Assembly: GCA_039638295.1 (NCBI GenBank) | Contig: JBDIWJ010000015.1 | Location: 1-31,168, forward strand | Length of the DNA stretch: 31,168 nt | From: Candidatus Phoenicimicrobium oleiphilum | GTDB lineage: Bacteria > Atribacterota > Phoenicimicrobiia > Phoenicimicrobiales > Phoenicimicrobiaceae | Reading direction: 5' to 3' | Shown: in pieces, positions 1 to 11,332 of the stretch | Layout of the letters: each line of letters begins with the position of its first letter | Numbering within the stretch: the stretch's first letter is position 1 | Notes under the pieces: model-generated | The model's database searches: none | Seen by the model: only the letters and a program-made list of their open reading frames with translations | What the model was told of the DNA's origin: nothing | Program-made: the position numbers and the translations under genes

Positions 1-100
1 TTTCTTTAAAGGTGGTAGAGATCTTTTTAAGATATTTTTTTGTATTTTAGCATGAATTCTGGTATTAATAAATGGTAAGGTTTTATTTGTCACATGACCG

Positions 101-336
101 TTACCCAGTTACCCAGTTACCCAGTTATCTGGTTAAGAAAATAAGAAGACAGAAGCCAAATTAGTATCGAATGAAGAAAATAAGAGAAAAAATTAGGGGC
201 GTATGGCATACACCCTAAAACGGGAAGAGTAAAATTCACTTGTAAAACAACTAAAGTTGGCTAATTAATTTAAACTGGCTAACTGGGTAACTGGAGAACT
301 AATGTAATTGGCTAATCGGTCAATTGGTCAATGGGA
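101..336. repeat. Inverted 8-mer tandem-array spacer element with a central degenerate REP-like hairpin
   Basis: (TTACCCAG)x3 plus TTATCTGG at 101-132. Reverse-complement-like units AACTGGCT/AACTGGGT/AATTGGTC at about 273-336. Hairpin TTAGGGGCGTATGGCATACACCCTAA at 193-218. Confidence 0.85.
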
Positions 337-349
337 GAATTAACAAACT

Positions 350-1849
350 ATGGATATTAAATCAAAGATAAAGAAATTACCTGATACAAGCGGAGTATAT
401 TTTTTTAAAGATAAAGAAAATAAGATAATATATATTGGGAAAGCCAGTTCTTTAAAAAGTAGAGTTTCTTCATATTTTAGTAATATTTCAAATTTATCTC
501 CTAAAATAAGTAAAATGATTAAAGAAATAGTAGATATTGAATATATTCCCACTTCTTCTGAAACTGAAGCCCTTATATTAGAAAGTAAAATGATAAAGGA
601 TAATAGCCCATATTATAATACCCAATTCAAAGATGATAAAAGTTATCCCTATATCAAAATAACTATAGGGGAAGACTTTCCTCAAATATTTTTTTATAGA
701 AAAGTTGACCAAGATAGGGAAAATGATAAATCAATATACTTTGGCCCTTTTGTTAACGCAGATGCTACTAGAGAAGTTATAAAAATATTAAGAAGGATAT
801 TTAAAATTAGAGGGTGCAGAAAAAGAAATTTAGAAAAAACTAAAATTTGTTTAGATTATCAAATAGGCTTATGTTCAGGACCTTGTGCCAATATGATTAG
901 TAAAAGTGAGTACCAAAAGAGAGTTAAAGAGATTTGCCTATTTTTAGAAGGAAAACAAAAAAGATTATTATATAGACTTTATCAAGAAATGAAACAAGCA
1001 TCTTACCAATTAAATTATGAAAAAGCAGCAAAGATAAGAGATAAAATAAAATCAATTGAAGAAATATTAGCCAGTTCAAAATTATATTTTCATAGTAAAG
1101 AAAATAAAAATGGATATTTATTAAAAAAAATAAAAGAGGTAGAAGAAAATGAAATTAAGATGGGGGAAAGAGCAATCTATGATTTAAAAGAAAAATTGAA
1201 TTTGAAGATATTACCAGAAAGAATAGAAGCTTTCGATATATCCAATATTCAAGGGGAATTAGCCGTTGGCTCTTTAGTTGTTTTTGAGAAAGGAAGGCCA
1301 AAAAAGAATGATTACCGAAGATTTCGGGTAAAAAGAGTTAAGGTAATTGATGATTATGCTATGTTACAAGAAGTTACAGAAAGAAGATACAGAAGATTAT
1401 TATCTGAAGAAAAAAAATTGCCGGATTTAATCTTAATAGATGGAGGAAAGGGTCAACTTATAGCTGTAAATAGAATATTAAGCAAGCTAAATTTAAAGTT
1501 GCCGATAATAAGTTTAGCTAAAAGAGAAGAGGAAATATTTAAAATTGGAGATAATAAGCCCATAATTTTACCTTCTGATTCGGAGGCTCTTTTTTTAGTT
1601 AAAAGAATTAGAGATGAGGCTCACAGATTTGCGATAACTTATCATAAAAGAATTAGGAATAAAGAATTGCTTGATTCAAAATTGGACATTATACCAGGAA
1701 TTGGGATAAAAAGAAAAAAGTTATTATTAAAATATTTTAAAAGCATAGAAGAAATACAAAATGCTTCTATGGATGAGATAAGTAAAATACCAGGATTTGG
1801 TAAAGGAATAGCTGAAAAAATTAAAACAATTTTGGAGGTAAGAAAATGA
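350..1849 (+). CDS. uvrC: Excinuclease ABC subunit C (short form)
   Basis: GIY-YIG motif GVYFFKD..IIYIGKA, Cys cluster CLDYQIGLCSGPC, UVR motif YEKAAKIRD, RNase H-like RIEAFDISN and LPDLILIDGGKGQL, RIRDEAHRFA, C-terminal HhH motifs IPGIG/IPGFG. Confidence 0.96.
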   Translation: MDIKSKIKKLPDTSGVYFFKDKENKIIYIGKASSLKSRVSSYFSNISNLSPKISKMIKEIVDIEYIPTSSETEALILESKMIKDNSPYYNTQFKDDKSYPYIKITIGEDFPQIFFYRKVDQDRENDKSIYFGPFVNADATREVIKILRRIFKIRGCRKRNLEKTKICLDYQIGLCSGPCANMISKSEYQKRVKEICLFLEGKQKRLLYRLYQEMKQASYQLNYEKAAKIRDKIKSIEEILASSKLYFHSKENKNGYLLKKIKEVEENEIKMGERAIYDLKEKLNLKILPERIEAFDISNIQGELAVGSLVVFEKGRPKKNDYRRFRVKRVKVIDDYAMLQEVTERRYRRLLSEEKKLPDLILIDGGKGQLIAVNRILSKLNLKLPIISLAKREEEIFKIGDNKPIILPSDSEALFLVKRIRDEAHRFAITYHKRIRNKELLDSKLDIIPGIGIKRKKLLLKYFKSIEEIQNASMDEISKIPGFGKGIAEKIKTILEVRK

Positions 1850-2346
1850 TATTAAATTTTCAAGGAAAAAAACCTATAATAGATGAAAAGTCTTTTATCG
1901 CCGAAAATGCTACTATAATTGGAGAGGTTATAATAAAAGAATATGCAAGTATTTGGTATAATGTGGTATTAAGAGGTGATATAGCATCTATTATCATAGG
2001 AGAAAATACGAGTGTCCAGGATGGTAGCATAGTTCATTGTGATATAGGAATATCAACCGTAGTAGGAAATAATGTTACCGTAGGTCATAATGCAGTACTC
2101 CATGCTTGTAAGATTGGAGATAATTCTCTAATTGGAATAGGAGCAGTTGTGCTTGATAAGGCAGAGATAGGAGAAGGAGCAATTGTAGGCGCTGGGGCAA
2201 TAGTAACACCCCGAACTAAAATACCACCCTATTCAATGGCTGTTGGAATACCTGCTAAAGTAGTTAGAAATCTTACCGAAGAAGAAGTCGAAGGTTTAAA
2301 AAGTCATGCAATGGAATATGTGGAATTAATGAAAAAATATAAATAA
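1846..2346 (+). CDS. Gamma carbonic anhydrase family (hexapeptide-repeat) protein
   Basis: IWYNVVLRGD, QDGSIVH and VTVGHNAVLHAC carry the three metal-binding His. ATGA overlap with the uvrC stop. Confidence 0.92.
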   Translation: MILNFQGKKPIIDEKSFIAENATIIGEVIIKEYASIWYNVVLRGDIASIIIGENTSVQDGSIVHCDIGISTVVGNNVTVGHNAVLHACKIGDNSLIGIGAVVLDKAEIGEGAIVGAGAIVTPRTKIPPYSMAVGIPAKVVRNLTEEEVEGLKSHAMEYVELMKKYK

Positions 2347-2349
2347 TTA

Positions 2350-2585
2350 TCGTTTCTCGTGTCTTGTATCTCGTGAATCGTATATCGCATTTTAACGTAT
2401 AGATTATATAATTAATTATAAGTAACTAGTGATGAGTAACGGGTAGTGGTTCGATTAATCGAACCCGATAGATAATTTATTATAAACAATAAAGATCGAA
2501 TAAAATCGACTCCTACGCTGAAAGCCATACTTTTCTAAAAGAAGTTTTTAAACTCGATACTTGATAATAGATATTTGATATTTTT
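2350..2585. repeat. Composite spacer: 7-mer arrays, GTAG REP-like doublet, inverted 7-mer array
   Basis: TCGTTTC TCGTGTC TTGTATC TCGTGAA TCGTATA from 2350; AGTAACT AGTGATG AGTAACG from 2421; GTAG..CTAC palindrome pair 2443-2516; ACTCGAT ACTTGAT AATAGAT ATTTGAT from 2552. Confidence 0.85.
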
Positions 2586-2669
2586 TTATTAATTTATTTG
2601 TAAAATATTTAAAAAAGTGTATATAATAAATAAAATAATTGAAATCCAAAAAGTAGATCAAATGGTAAG

Positions 2670-2745
2670 GTAGGGGCACGATGCATCGTGCCCACAGGAG
2701 AAATTGGGGAATAATATGCGAGGGCACAATTCATTGTGCCCCTAC
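2670..2745. repeat. GTAG-tagged REP-like inverted doublet
   Basis: GTAGGGGCACGATGCATCGTGCCCAC (2670-2695, identical to 21757-21782) and GGGCACAATTCATTGTGCCCCTAC (2722-2745). Confidence 0.88.
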
Positions 2746-2993
2746 AACGTAATTATAACCAAAAAGTTGTAATTTATTATAAAATTATCTACAAGATACT
2801 ATCTATATAACGCGTTAAAAATATTTTTGGCTTTTTGGGGAATAAGCATAAAATGTGTTTTTCAAAAGTACAAAGTGTAAAGAATCAATATATTTTTATA
2901 CTTATCTAATTCAAAGCCCAAAAGCAATAATTGGTAAATTCGGGAATGGGTGAATGGATGAATTAGATAGTTGATCAGCGGGAGTTAAAAATT

Positions 2994-4484
2994 ATGAAAC
3001 ATAAATCAGTTGCTGACCTTGCTTATGAAATATTGAGCAAATATGAAAAACCCTTACATTATCGAAAAATTACCGAAGAATTGATAAAAATAAAACCTTT
3101 AAAAGTTAAAGAACCTTATTATACGGTAAATTCATCTATGAGTGGAGACAAAAGGTTTATGCGGACAAAGAGAGGGATTTGGGGTTTAGTTAAGTGGAAG
3201 TACAAAGATGCTAATATTAAATATTCCCTTACCAGTTATTGCTTAAAAGATGGCACTATGTTCTTGACTAGTTATATGAGACCTTTTTTCCCAAAGGATA
3301 AAAAAATTATTGAAATTACCTTTATCGATAAAGAAGGCATCGAAATTGAAGCGTTAGTAAATAATGAACTTAATTGTATAATTGGGTTGAAAGATTGGTA
3401 TAAAAAAAAGAATTTAAAAGTCAATGATATTATTTTTGTTGGTTTAATCGATTATGATAGAAGGAAATATTTTTTAGTTACTGAAAATGAAACTCTTGCT
3501 GAGCCCCAAGAGGATTTAAGTGAAAAGATATTTAATGTTTTAGAAAAAGAAGGACACCCCCTCTCTTTTAAAGAAATATGCGAAAGAGTATTAGAGGTTG
3601 AAACGAAAGAAAGCAATTTGTTTTATAAATATATTATAGATATTTTAAAAAGGGACTCCAGATTTATTGAAGAGAAAAATGATTTCTGGGGGCTTTTTAA
3701 CTGGTTGAGTGAAGTCGAAAAATTAAAAATTGAACTTTTAAATACTGAGGATAATAGAAAATTTAAACAATTAATTCAAAAAGCATTTAATTTTTTAGGA
3801 TTTGAAACTTCTCTTGTATCTGAAGGAAGAGCATCTTTTATTTTAGCAAAGGCACACTTAGATTATAAGACTTATAATTTAATTATTGATGGTAAGATAT
3901 TGGATAACCAGAGTAAAAGAATACAAAGATATGATTTTTGGAATGAATTAGAAAACGCTAAAGAAAAATATAAAGCAGATTTTTCAATAATCATTTCGGC
4001 AGATTTTAATTATGATAAACTAAGTAAAAAAATAGAAGAATACAAGGTTGTGTTATTTGAGCTAAGATGGTTAGATAGCCTCATAAAAGAACATAATAGA
4101 TTACCATTTTCTCTAAGTAATTTAAAATTAATATTTTTAGATAATAATACTATCGAAAATAATATAAATGAATTGATTGAAAAGAGAAAATTAATTTATT
4201 ATAAAATAAAATTAATTAATATTATGATCAGGGTATTAAATGAAAATAGTAGTAAAAAATTATATCTCAATTTAGAATCATTAACCAAAATTATTAATCA
4301 AAAAAGTTCGGAGTATTTTGAATTCGAAAAAGTATCAGAATCTGAGGTCGAAGAAATAGCCAAAATGCTTTCTTTAGAACCATTTAATATATTACAAATA
4401 ACTGAAATGGGCAGTATTATATTGAATTTTAGACCTGAGTTAGCTAAAAAGAGATTGGAGAAAATAATCAGCGAAATGTTTTAA
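2994..4484 (+). CDS. Multidomain nucleic-acid-binding protein: two HARE-HTH (RNAP delta N-terminal-like) domains, a B3-like barrel and a degenerate Mrr-like nuclease domain
   Basis: 496-aa ORF with GGGAG RBS. Two repeats of the pattern (A/I)xxIL...P(L)x(Y/F)xxI...D.RF.....WGL..W at about aa 1-68 and 173-237. GLKDWYKKKNLKVNDII is B3-like. AFNFLGF...IIDGK...KYKADFSIIISADF is Mrr-like. The CDS is secure; the domain calls are by eye. Confidence 0.65.
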   Translation: MKHKSVADLAYEILSKYEKPLHYRKITEELIKIKPLKVKEPYYTVNSSMSGDKRFMRTKRGIWGLVKWKYKDANIKYSLTSYCLKDGTMFLTSYMRPFFPKDKKIIEITFIDKEGIEIEALVNNELNCIIGLKDWYKKKNLKVNDIIFVGLIDYDRRKYFLVTENETLAEPQEDLSEKIFNVLEKEGHPLSFKEICERVLEVETKESNLFYKYIIDILKRDSRFIEEKNDFWGLFNWLSEVEKLKIELLNTEDNRKFKQLIQKAFNFLGFETSLVSEGRASFILAKAHLDYKTYNLIIDGKILDNQSKRIQRYDFWNELENAKEKYKADFSIIISADFNYDKLSKKIEEYKVVLFELRWLDSLIKEHNRLPFSLSNLKLIFLDNNTIENNINELIEKRKLIYYKIKLINIMIRVLNENSSKKLYLNLESLTKIINQKSSEYFEFEKVSESEVEEIAKMLSLEPFNILQITEMGSIILNFRPELAKKRLEKIISEMF

Positions 4485-4569
4485 TATTTCGTATTGTGTC
4501 TCGAGTATTGCGTACCGCAAAAATCTTACAGGAAAAAACCAGGAGAAAAATAGAAGAAGGAGCAAAATT

Positions 4570-5208
4570 ATGAAAATAAAATGGTTAGGTCATTCTTCAT
4601 TTTTAATTGAAAATAGGAGGGGAATCAAAATTATTACTGACCCCTTTGATGAAACACTCGGCTATAAATTACCTCGAATCAAGGTAAACATTGTTACTGT
4701 GAGTCACGAACATTTCGATCATAATTATGTAAGAGGAGTAAAAGGTAGACCAGTAGTTTTTAAGGGAATAATAAAAAGGGAATCACATAAAATGGAGTTT
4801 AGAGGGATATCATCCTACCATGACAGTGTTTATGGAGCCAAAAGAGGACCTAATACTATATTTGTGATTAAAGCTGATGGGTTGAATTTATGTCATTTGG
4901 GTGATTTAGGACATATTTTGAGCCAAGATAAATTAGCTGAAATTGGTTTAGTGGATATTCTATTTATTCCGGTGGGTGGATTTTACACTATCGATAGTAC
5001 ACAAGCTACGCAGATTGTTAATGATATAAAACCCAAAATTGCTATTCCTATGCATTATAAGACTGAGGCTATTAAATTCTCGATAGATACAGTAGATACC
5101 TTTCTTTTAAATAAAAATAATGTAAAAAGATTAGAATCAAGTGAATTAGAAATTGATAAGGATACTTTGCCCGAAAGTAATCAAATTTATGTTTTACGAT
5201 ATGAATAG
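4570..5208 (+). CDS. MBL-fold metallo-hydrolase
   Basis: WLGHSSF, ITDPF, SHEHFDH, HLGDLG, IPVGG and IPMHY motifs; AAGGAG RBS. Confidence 0.92.
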   Translation: MKIKWLGHSSFLIENRRGIKIITDPFDETLGYKLPRIKVNIVTVSHEHFDHNYVRGVKGRPVVFKGIIKRESHKMEFRGISSYHDSVYGAKRGPNTIFVIKADGLNLCHLGDLGHILSQDKLAEIGLVDILFIPVGGFYTIDSTQATQIVNDIKPKIAIPMHYKTEAIKFSIDTVDTFLLNKNNVKRLESSELEIDKDTLPESNQIYVLRYE

Positions 5209-5322
5209 CAAATCCCCTTCACGGGAGAGGGGATTGCCATGTTCCATATGATAGCTTGCAATCAGAGAACATAATAAATTAATAGACAGGCGAGGCCCCT
5301 GTCTCACTAACGACTATTCACT

Positions 5323-5344
5323 TCCCTGTTTTCACGAGGACAAG
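5323..5344 (+). repeat. 22-nt mini-hairpin repeat, consensus TCCCCGTTTTCACGGGGACA(A/G)G
   Basis: Copies at 5323-5344, 5411-5432 (degenerate), 10203-10224, 15049-15070, 18948-18969 and 21946-21967, all in the same orientation. Confidence 0.8.
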
Positions 5345-5365
5345 ATTCATTAAAGACTAATTTGG

Positions 5366-5394
5366 AGTATCGGAATTTTAAAAATTCCGATACT
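5366..5394. repeat. Perfect palindrome with 14-bp arms
   Basis: AGTATCGGAATTTT-A-AAAATTCCGATACT. Confidence 0.9.
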
Positions 5395-5454
5395 ATGAAA
5401 TGAATACTTTTACCAGTTTTCACGGCTATAAGTTTAAAAAACAATGTACTCTAA

Positions 5455-5546
5455 CAAGATTGTCAGAAAAAGTTTAATATAAACCCGAAATGGAATAAAA
5501 AAGAGATGGAGGGGTTTCAGGGGAGTTCACTTTCCTGACAAACTTG
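5455..5546. mobile_element. Possible MITE / IS-end remnant (92 bp)
   Basis: Imperfect terminal inverted repeats CAAGATTGTCAGAAAAAGT and ACTTTCCTGACAAACTTG; internal AAACCC/GGGTTT pair; no ORF. Confidence 0.45.
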
Positions 5547-5554
5547 ATAAATAA

Positions 5555-7349
<1,795 letters not shown>

Positions 7350-7413
7350 TGTACAGGTAGACTGTAAAATTTTATAAATTTTAAATTTTGGGTTAAAAAG
7401 TAGGTGATGAAAA

Positions 7414-8166
7414 ATGCTTAACGCTTTAATATTAGCTGGTACGAAGGGAAGAGGTCCTTTAGAGATAGCTACCAATGTAGAAAACAAAACTTTAATTATG
7501 ATAAACGGGAGACCAATAATTGACTATATTGTTGATGCTTTAAAAAGGTCAAAAAATATAGATAAGATAGTAGTGGTAGGTCCAAAAAATGAACTTTACT
7601 ACTATATCGGCGAAAAAGTTGAGAAAATTATAGAACCAGGAAATTCTATACTTTATAATTTAGAGGTAGGTATTAAGTATTTTAATTCAAATAAAGATTT
7701 GTTGATTTTAACTTCTGACATTCCTTTGATTTCCCCACAAGCTATAGATGAATTTATAGAAAAATGTTTAGAAAGAAAAGCTCATTTAGGATATCCTATT
7801 ATAAAAAAAGAAAATATTATAAAAAAATATCCAGAAGCACAAAGAACTTATGTAAAAATCAAGGAAGGCACAGTTTGTGGTGGAAATATTATATTTTTTA
7901 AACCGGAAATATTTTATGAGAATAAAGAATTGATTCAAGAATTATTTGAAAATAGAAAAGCTATGTGGAAATGGGCTAAAATATTAGGTTTAAAATTTGT
8001 AATAAAATATTTATTAAAGACTATAACTTTGAAAGAGATTGAAGAAAAAGTTACAGGGTTAGTCGGTTACAAATCTGCTGCGATTATTATTTCATATCCT
8101 GAATTAATGATAGATTTAGACAAGATTAGTGACTATGAGTTGGTACAAAAATATTTAAAAAAATAA
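7414..8166 (+). CDS. MobA-like nucleotidyltransferase family protein
   Basis: ALILAG...NK.LI.INGRP.IDY, LILTSDIPL, IDLDK; substrate unknown. Confidence 0.82.
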   Translation: MLNALILAGTKGRGPLEIATNVENKTLIMINGRPIIDYIVDALKRSKNIDKIVVVGPKNELYYYIGEKVEKIIEPGNSILYNLEVGIKYFNSNKDLLILTSDIPLISPQAIDEFIEKCLERKAHLGYPIIKKENIIKKYPEAQRTYVKIKEGTVCGGNIIFFKPEIFYENKELIQELFENRKAMWKWAKILGLKFVIKYLLKTITLKEIEEKVTGLVGYKSAAIIISYPELMIDLDKISDYELVQKYLKK

Positions 8167-8179
8167 GATAATAAAATAC

Positions 8180-8208
8180 TTGTGTTATTTAAATAAAGGT
8201 GATAAAAT
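8180..8208 (+). promoter_or_regulatory. Putative sigma70-type promoter for rho
   Basis: TTGTGT-17nt-TAAAAT with TG extended -10. Confidence 0.5.
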
Positions 8209-8573
8209 ATTAATGGAAAATGATCCAAAGGAATAAATCCTCTATTGTCCTCTTTTCAATAGAATTTCAAATGCATTTTTTATTTACTTCAAATTTCTAT
8301 TTTAAATCATAGAGAAATTTATAAAGCTTCTATAATTTGAAATAATTAAATCAGGGAATTGATTTATTGCAAAAATTTAAAAATGCAGCAAATTCAGAGG
8401 AAAAATTTATTTTACTTGATAAAAGAGACAAAGACAAGATGCAAATAAAAGTTATCTTTGCACATCAATTGTTCACCATGTAAAATTATACTACAAACAA
8501 TTTTAGTTTTAAAAACTAATAATAAGTTTTTATTATTCCATTTTGGTCATAATAAATAAGGAGGCTTCATAAT

Positions 8574-9824
8574 TTGTTATTAACGGATTTAAAAGAAAAA
8601 AGGATAAGTGATTTGTGTAAAATTGCCAAAGAATATAAGATTAACAATTTTTCTAGAATTAAAAAAATGGACCTAATCTTTAAAATATTGCAGGCAGAAG
8701 CAGAGAAGAAAGGTTACATGTTTTCTGAGGGTATTTTAGAAATAATGGATGAAGGTTTTGGATTTTTAAGAACCGGAGGTTATTTACCTAGTGGGAATGA
8801 TATTTATATTTCACCTTCTCAGATAAAGAGATTTAATCTTAGCAATGGAGATCTTGTATCAGGCCAAGTTAGAGCTCCAAAAGAAGGAGAAAGATATTAT
8901 GCTTTATTGAAAATTGAGGCAATTAATCATGAGGATCCAGAATTAGCGAAATTGAGGATAGATTTTGAAAATCTTACTCCATTATTTCCTGAAGAGATGA
9001 TTAAATTAGAATATAGACCAGATGAGTTATCAACTAGACTTATTGATTTATTTGCCCCCATTGGGAAAGGTCAAAGAGGTCTTATTGTTTCTCCCCCCAA
9101 AGCAGGGAAAACAATTTTGTTAGAAAAGATTGCTAATGGTATTACCCATAACCATTCAGAAATAAATCTTATTATATTATTGATTGATGAAAGGCCAGAA
9201 GAAGTAACTGGTATTCAAAGATCAGTAAAAGCAGAGGTGGTAAGTTCCACTTTTGATCAGCCTGTTGACAATCATATAAAAGTGGCAGAAATAGTTTTAG
9301 AAAGAGCTAAAAGAATGGTAGAACAAAAACAAGATGTAGTTATATTGTTAGATAGTATAACAAGATTGGCAAGAGCATATAATCAAAATGTCCCGACGAG
9401 TGGCAAGACATTGTCAGGAGGAATAGATTCAAGTGCTCTTTACTGGCCTAAAAAATTCTTTGGAGCAGCAAGAAATGTTGAAGAGGGAGGAAGTTTAACT
9501 ATTTTGGCTACTGCATTAGTAGAAACCGGGAGCAAGATGGATGAAGTAATATTTGAAGAGTTTAAAGGAACAGGAAATATGGAATTGAAATTAGACAGGG
9601 AACTTTCGGAAAATAGAATTTTCCCAGCAATTGATATTAGAAAATCTGGAACACGGAGAGAAGAGTTATTAATACCAAAAGGTAATTTACAAAAAATATG
9701 GGTATTAAGAAGGGCATTATCGTCTCAACCTGCTTTAGGGGCAATAAAATTAGTAATTAATAAATTAAAGCAGACTAAAAATAATCAAGAATTTTTAGAT
9801 TCTATTAAAGAACAAAATATTTAA
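8574..9824 (+). CDS. rho: Transcription termination factor Rho
   Basis: [62 protein letters not shown] start after AAGGAGG. Confidence 0.99.
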   Translation: MLLTDLKEKRISDLCKIAKEYKINNFSRIKKMDLIFKILQAEAEKKGYMFSEGILEIMDEGFGFLRTGGYLPSGNDIYISPSQIKRFNLSNGDLVSGQVRAPKEGERYYALLKIEAINHEDPELAKLRIDFENLTPLFPEEMIKLEYRPDELSTRLIDLFAPIGKGQRGLIVSPPKAGKTILLEKIANGITHNHSEINLIILLIDERPEEVTGIQRSVKAEVVSSTFDQPVDNHIKVAEIVLERAKRMVEQKQDVVILLDSITRLARAYNQNVPTSGKTLSGGIDSSALYWPKKFFGAARNVEEGGSLTILATALVETGSKMDEVIFEEFKGTGNMELKLDRELSENRIFPAIDIRKSGTRREELLIPKGNLQKIWVLRRALSSQPALGAIKLVINKLKQTKNNQEFLDSIKEQNI

Positions 9825-9861
9825 TATTTTTTAAAAAGATATTAAAAAATTATTATTCATT

Positions 9862-9890
9862 TTGACGTAAAAATAATATTATGTTATAAT
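9862..9890 (+). promoter_or_regulatory. Near-consensus sigma70-type promoter for rpmE
   Basis: TTGACG-17nt-TATAAT with TG extended -10. Confidence 0.75.
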
Positions 9891-9948
9891 TTTTAAGAAT
9901 TTTATTATAAAAATAATTTAAACAAAGAAAAGATTGAGGTTAGAAAAA

Positions 9949-10170
9949 ATGAAAAAAGGTATTCATCCCAAATATGAAAAATCCATAATAAGTTGCGCTT
10001 GTGGAAATACTTTCGAGACTGGTTCAACTAAAAAAAATATGAGAGTAGAGATATGTTCTGCCTGTCACCCATTTTTTACTGGTAAACAAAAAATTGTTGA
10101 TACTGCTGGAAGAGTAGAAAGATTCAATAAAAAATATAATTTAAATAATGAAGAAAATAATGAGAATTAA
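9949..10170 (+). CDS. rpmE: 50S ribosomal protein L31 (Zn-binding type)
   Basis: [29 protein letters not shown]. Start moved to ATG 9949, after GAGGT. Confidence 0.98.
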   Translation: MKKGIHPKYEKSIISCACGNTFETGSTKKNMRVEICSACHPFFTGKQKIVDTAGRVERFNKKYNLNNEENNEN

Positions 10171-10300
10171 TTGAAACATATTTTTCTTTACCCGTTCTAA
10201 GTTCCCCGTTTTCACGGGGACAAGTTTCGAAAGTAAATGTTTAATTGATAAGAAGGATAAGGATAAGATGGAAACAGCGGGAACTTTAAGGGGAAATAAT

Positions 10301-10333
10301 AAAAACAGAGCTTCTATAAAGCTCTGTTTTTTT
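10301..10333 (+). terminator. Intrinsic terminator after rpmE
   Basis: AAAAACAGAGCTT-CTATA-AAGCTCTGTTTTTTT. Confidence 0.8.
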
Positions 10334-10379
10334 GTGAAATATAATTATATTGGGGGAATTATTGAGGGAGGCAACAAAG

Positions 10380-10958
10380 ATGCAAAAAGAGAAGAATGTT
10401 GGTTGGATTGAAGTTATTTGTGGGAGTATGTTTAGTGGAAAGAGTGAAGAATTGATAAGAAGAGTTCACAGGGTTCAAATTGCCAAAAAAAAAGTTCAAG
10501 TATTTAAGCCAACCATTGATAACAGGTTTGCAATTCAGTATATTTACTCTCATAATGGTAGTAAGATTAAAGCAATTAATATTAGTGAACCTAAAGAACT
10601 TTTAGAAAAATTAGATCCAGATACAGAGGTAATAGCTATTGATGAAGCTCAATTCTATAGTGATGATATCGTATCCATATGTCAAAAACTTGCAGATGAG
10701 GGGAAAAGAATAATTATTGCTGGTTTAGATCAAGATTTTAGAGGTGAACCTTTCGGACCAATGCCTAAATTACTTGCTGTAGCAGAATATATTAATAAAC
10801 TACAGGCAATATGTATGGTTTGTGGCAACCCAGCTTCCCGAACACAAAGATTAGTAAATGGAAAACCAGCTAAATATAGTGGTCCAACAATATTAGTTGG
10901 AGCAAAGGAAACTTACGAAGCAAGGTGTAGAAAATGTCATGTGGTGCCTAAAGAATAA
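10380..10958 (+). CDS. tdk: Thymidine kinase
   Basis: [32 protein letters not shown] and CRKC Zn site. Start moved to ATG 10380, after GGGAGG. Confidence 0.98.
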   Translation: MQKEKNVGWIEVICGSMFSGKSEELIRRVHRVQIAKKKVQVFKPTIDNRFAIQYIYSHNGSKIKAINISEPKELLEKLDPDTEVIAIDEAQFYSDDIVSICQKLADEGKRIIIAGLDQDFRGEPFGPMPKLLAVAEYINKLQAICMVCGNPASRTQRLVNGKPAKYSGPTILVGAKETYEARCRKCHVVPKE

Positions 10959-10962
10959 AATT

Positions 10963-11316
10963 GCACCGAGTATCGAGCATCGAGTATCGCGTTAAAAAGA
11001 AGGAATTAAAAAACTTAATTCGTATCTCGTATAAAATACATTAACAAGTAATAAGTAATTAGTAACAGGTTACAAGTCATGGGTTATCATCAGCTTCGTA
11101 TGATAACAGGGTTTCTACTGCAAAAGCAGGGGTTTAATTTATCGAACCCGTTTCGGGCCGAATGAATTTGACCCCTACATTAAAACCGGCGTGTTTACGA
11201 AATAGTTTTGAATTTTGAGTTATGGCTTAAACCTTCGTTTTTTTGCTAAATACTTTCTACAGGCTAAATACTACACGCTATATGTTATACTATATACGCA
11301 ATACGATATACGAGAT
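10963..11316. repeat. Composite spacer: 7-mer arrays, REP-like doublet, TTTTGAA array, inverted 7-mer array
   Basis: AGTATCG AGCATCG AGTATCG; ACAAGTA ATAAGTA ATTAGTA from 11044; doublet GCAG..CTAC at 11126-11178; GTTTTGAATTTTGAG at about 11205; CAATACG ATATACG before the thyX RBS. Confidence 0.85.
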
Positions 11317-11332
11317 GAGTGAGGTTAATTCT

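Noticed and set aside
1..97. Possible gene fragment at the window start (open frames on both strands)
   Set aside because: Too short, with no recognisable motif or RBS.
2598..2627. Promoter-like TTGTAA-18nt-TATAAT upstream of the HARE-HTH gene
   Set aside because: Non-optimal spacing in extremely AT-rich sequence and far from the start; plausible but not supportable.
11243..11332. N-terminal extension of thyX in the ORF track (similar extensions on rpmE, tdk, DUF1385, prfA, deaminase, wecB)
   Set aside because: Repeat-derived or overlapping sequence; RBS position or family N-termini support the downstream ATGs.
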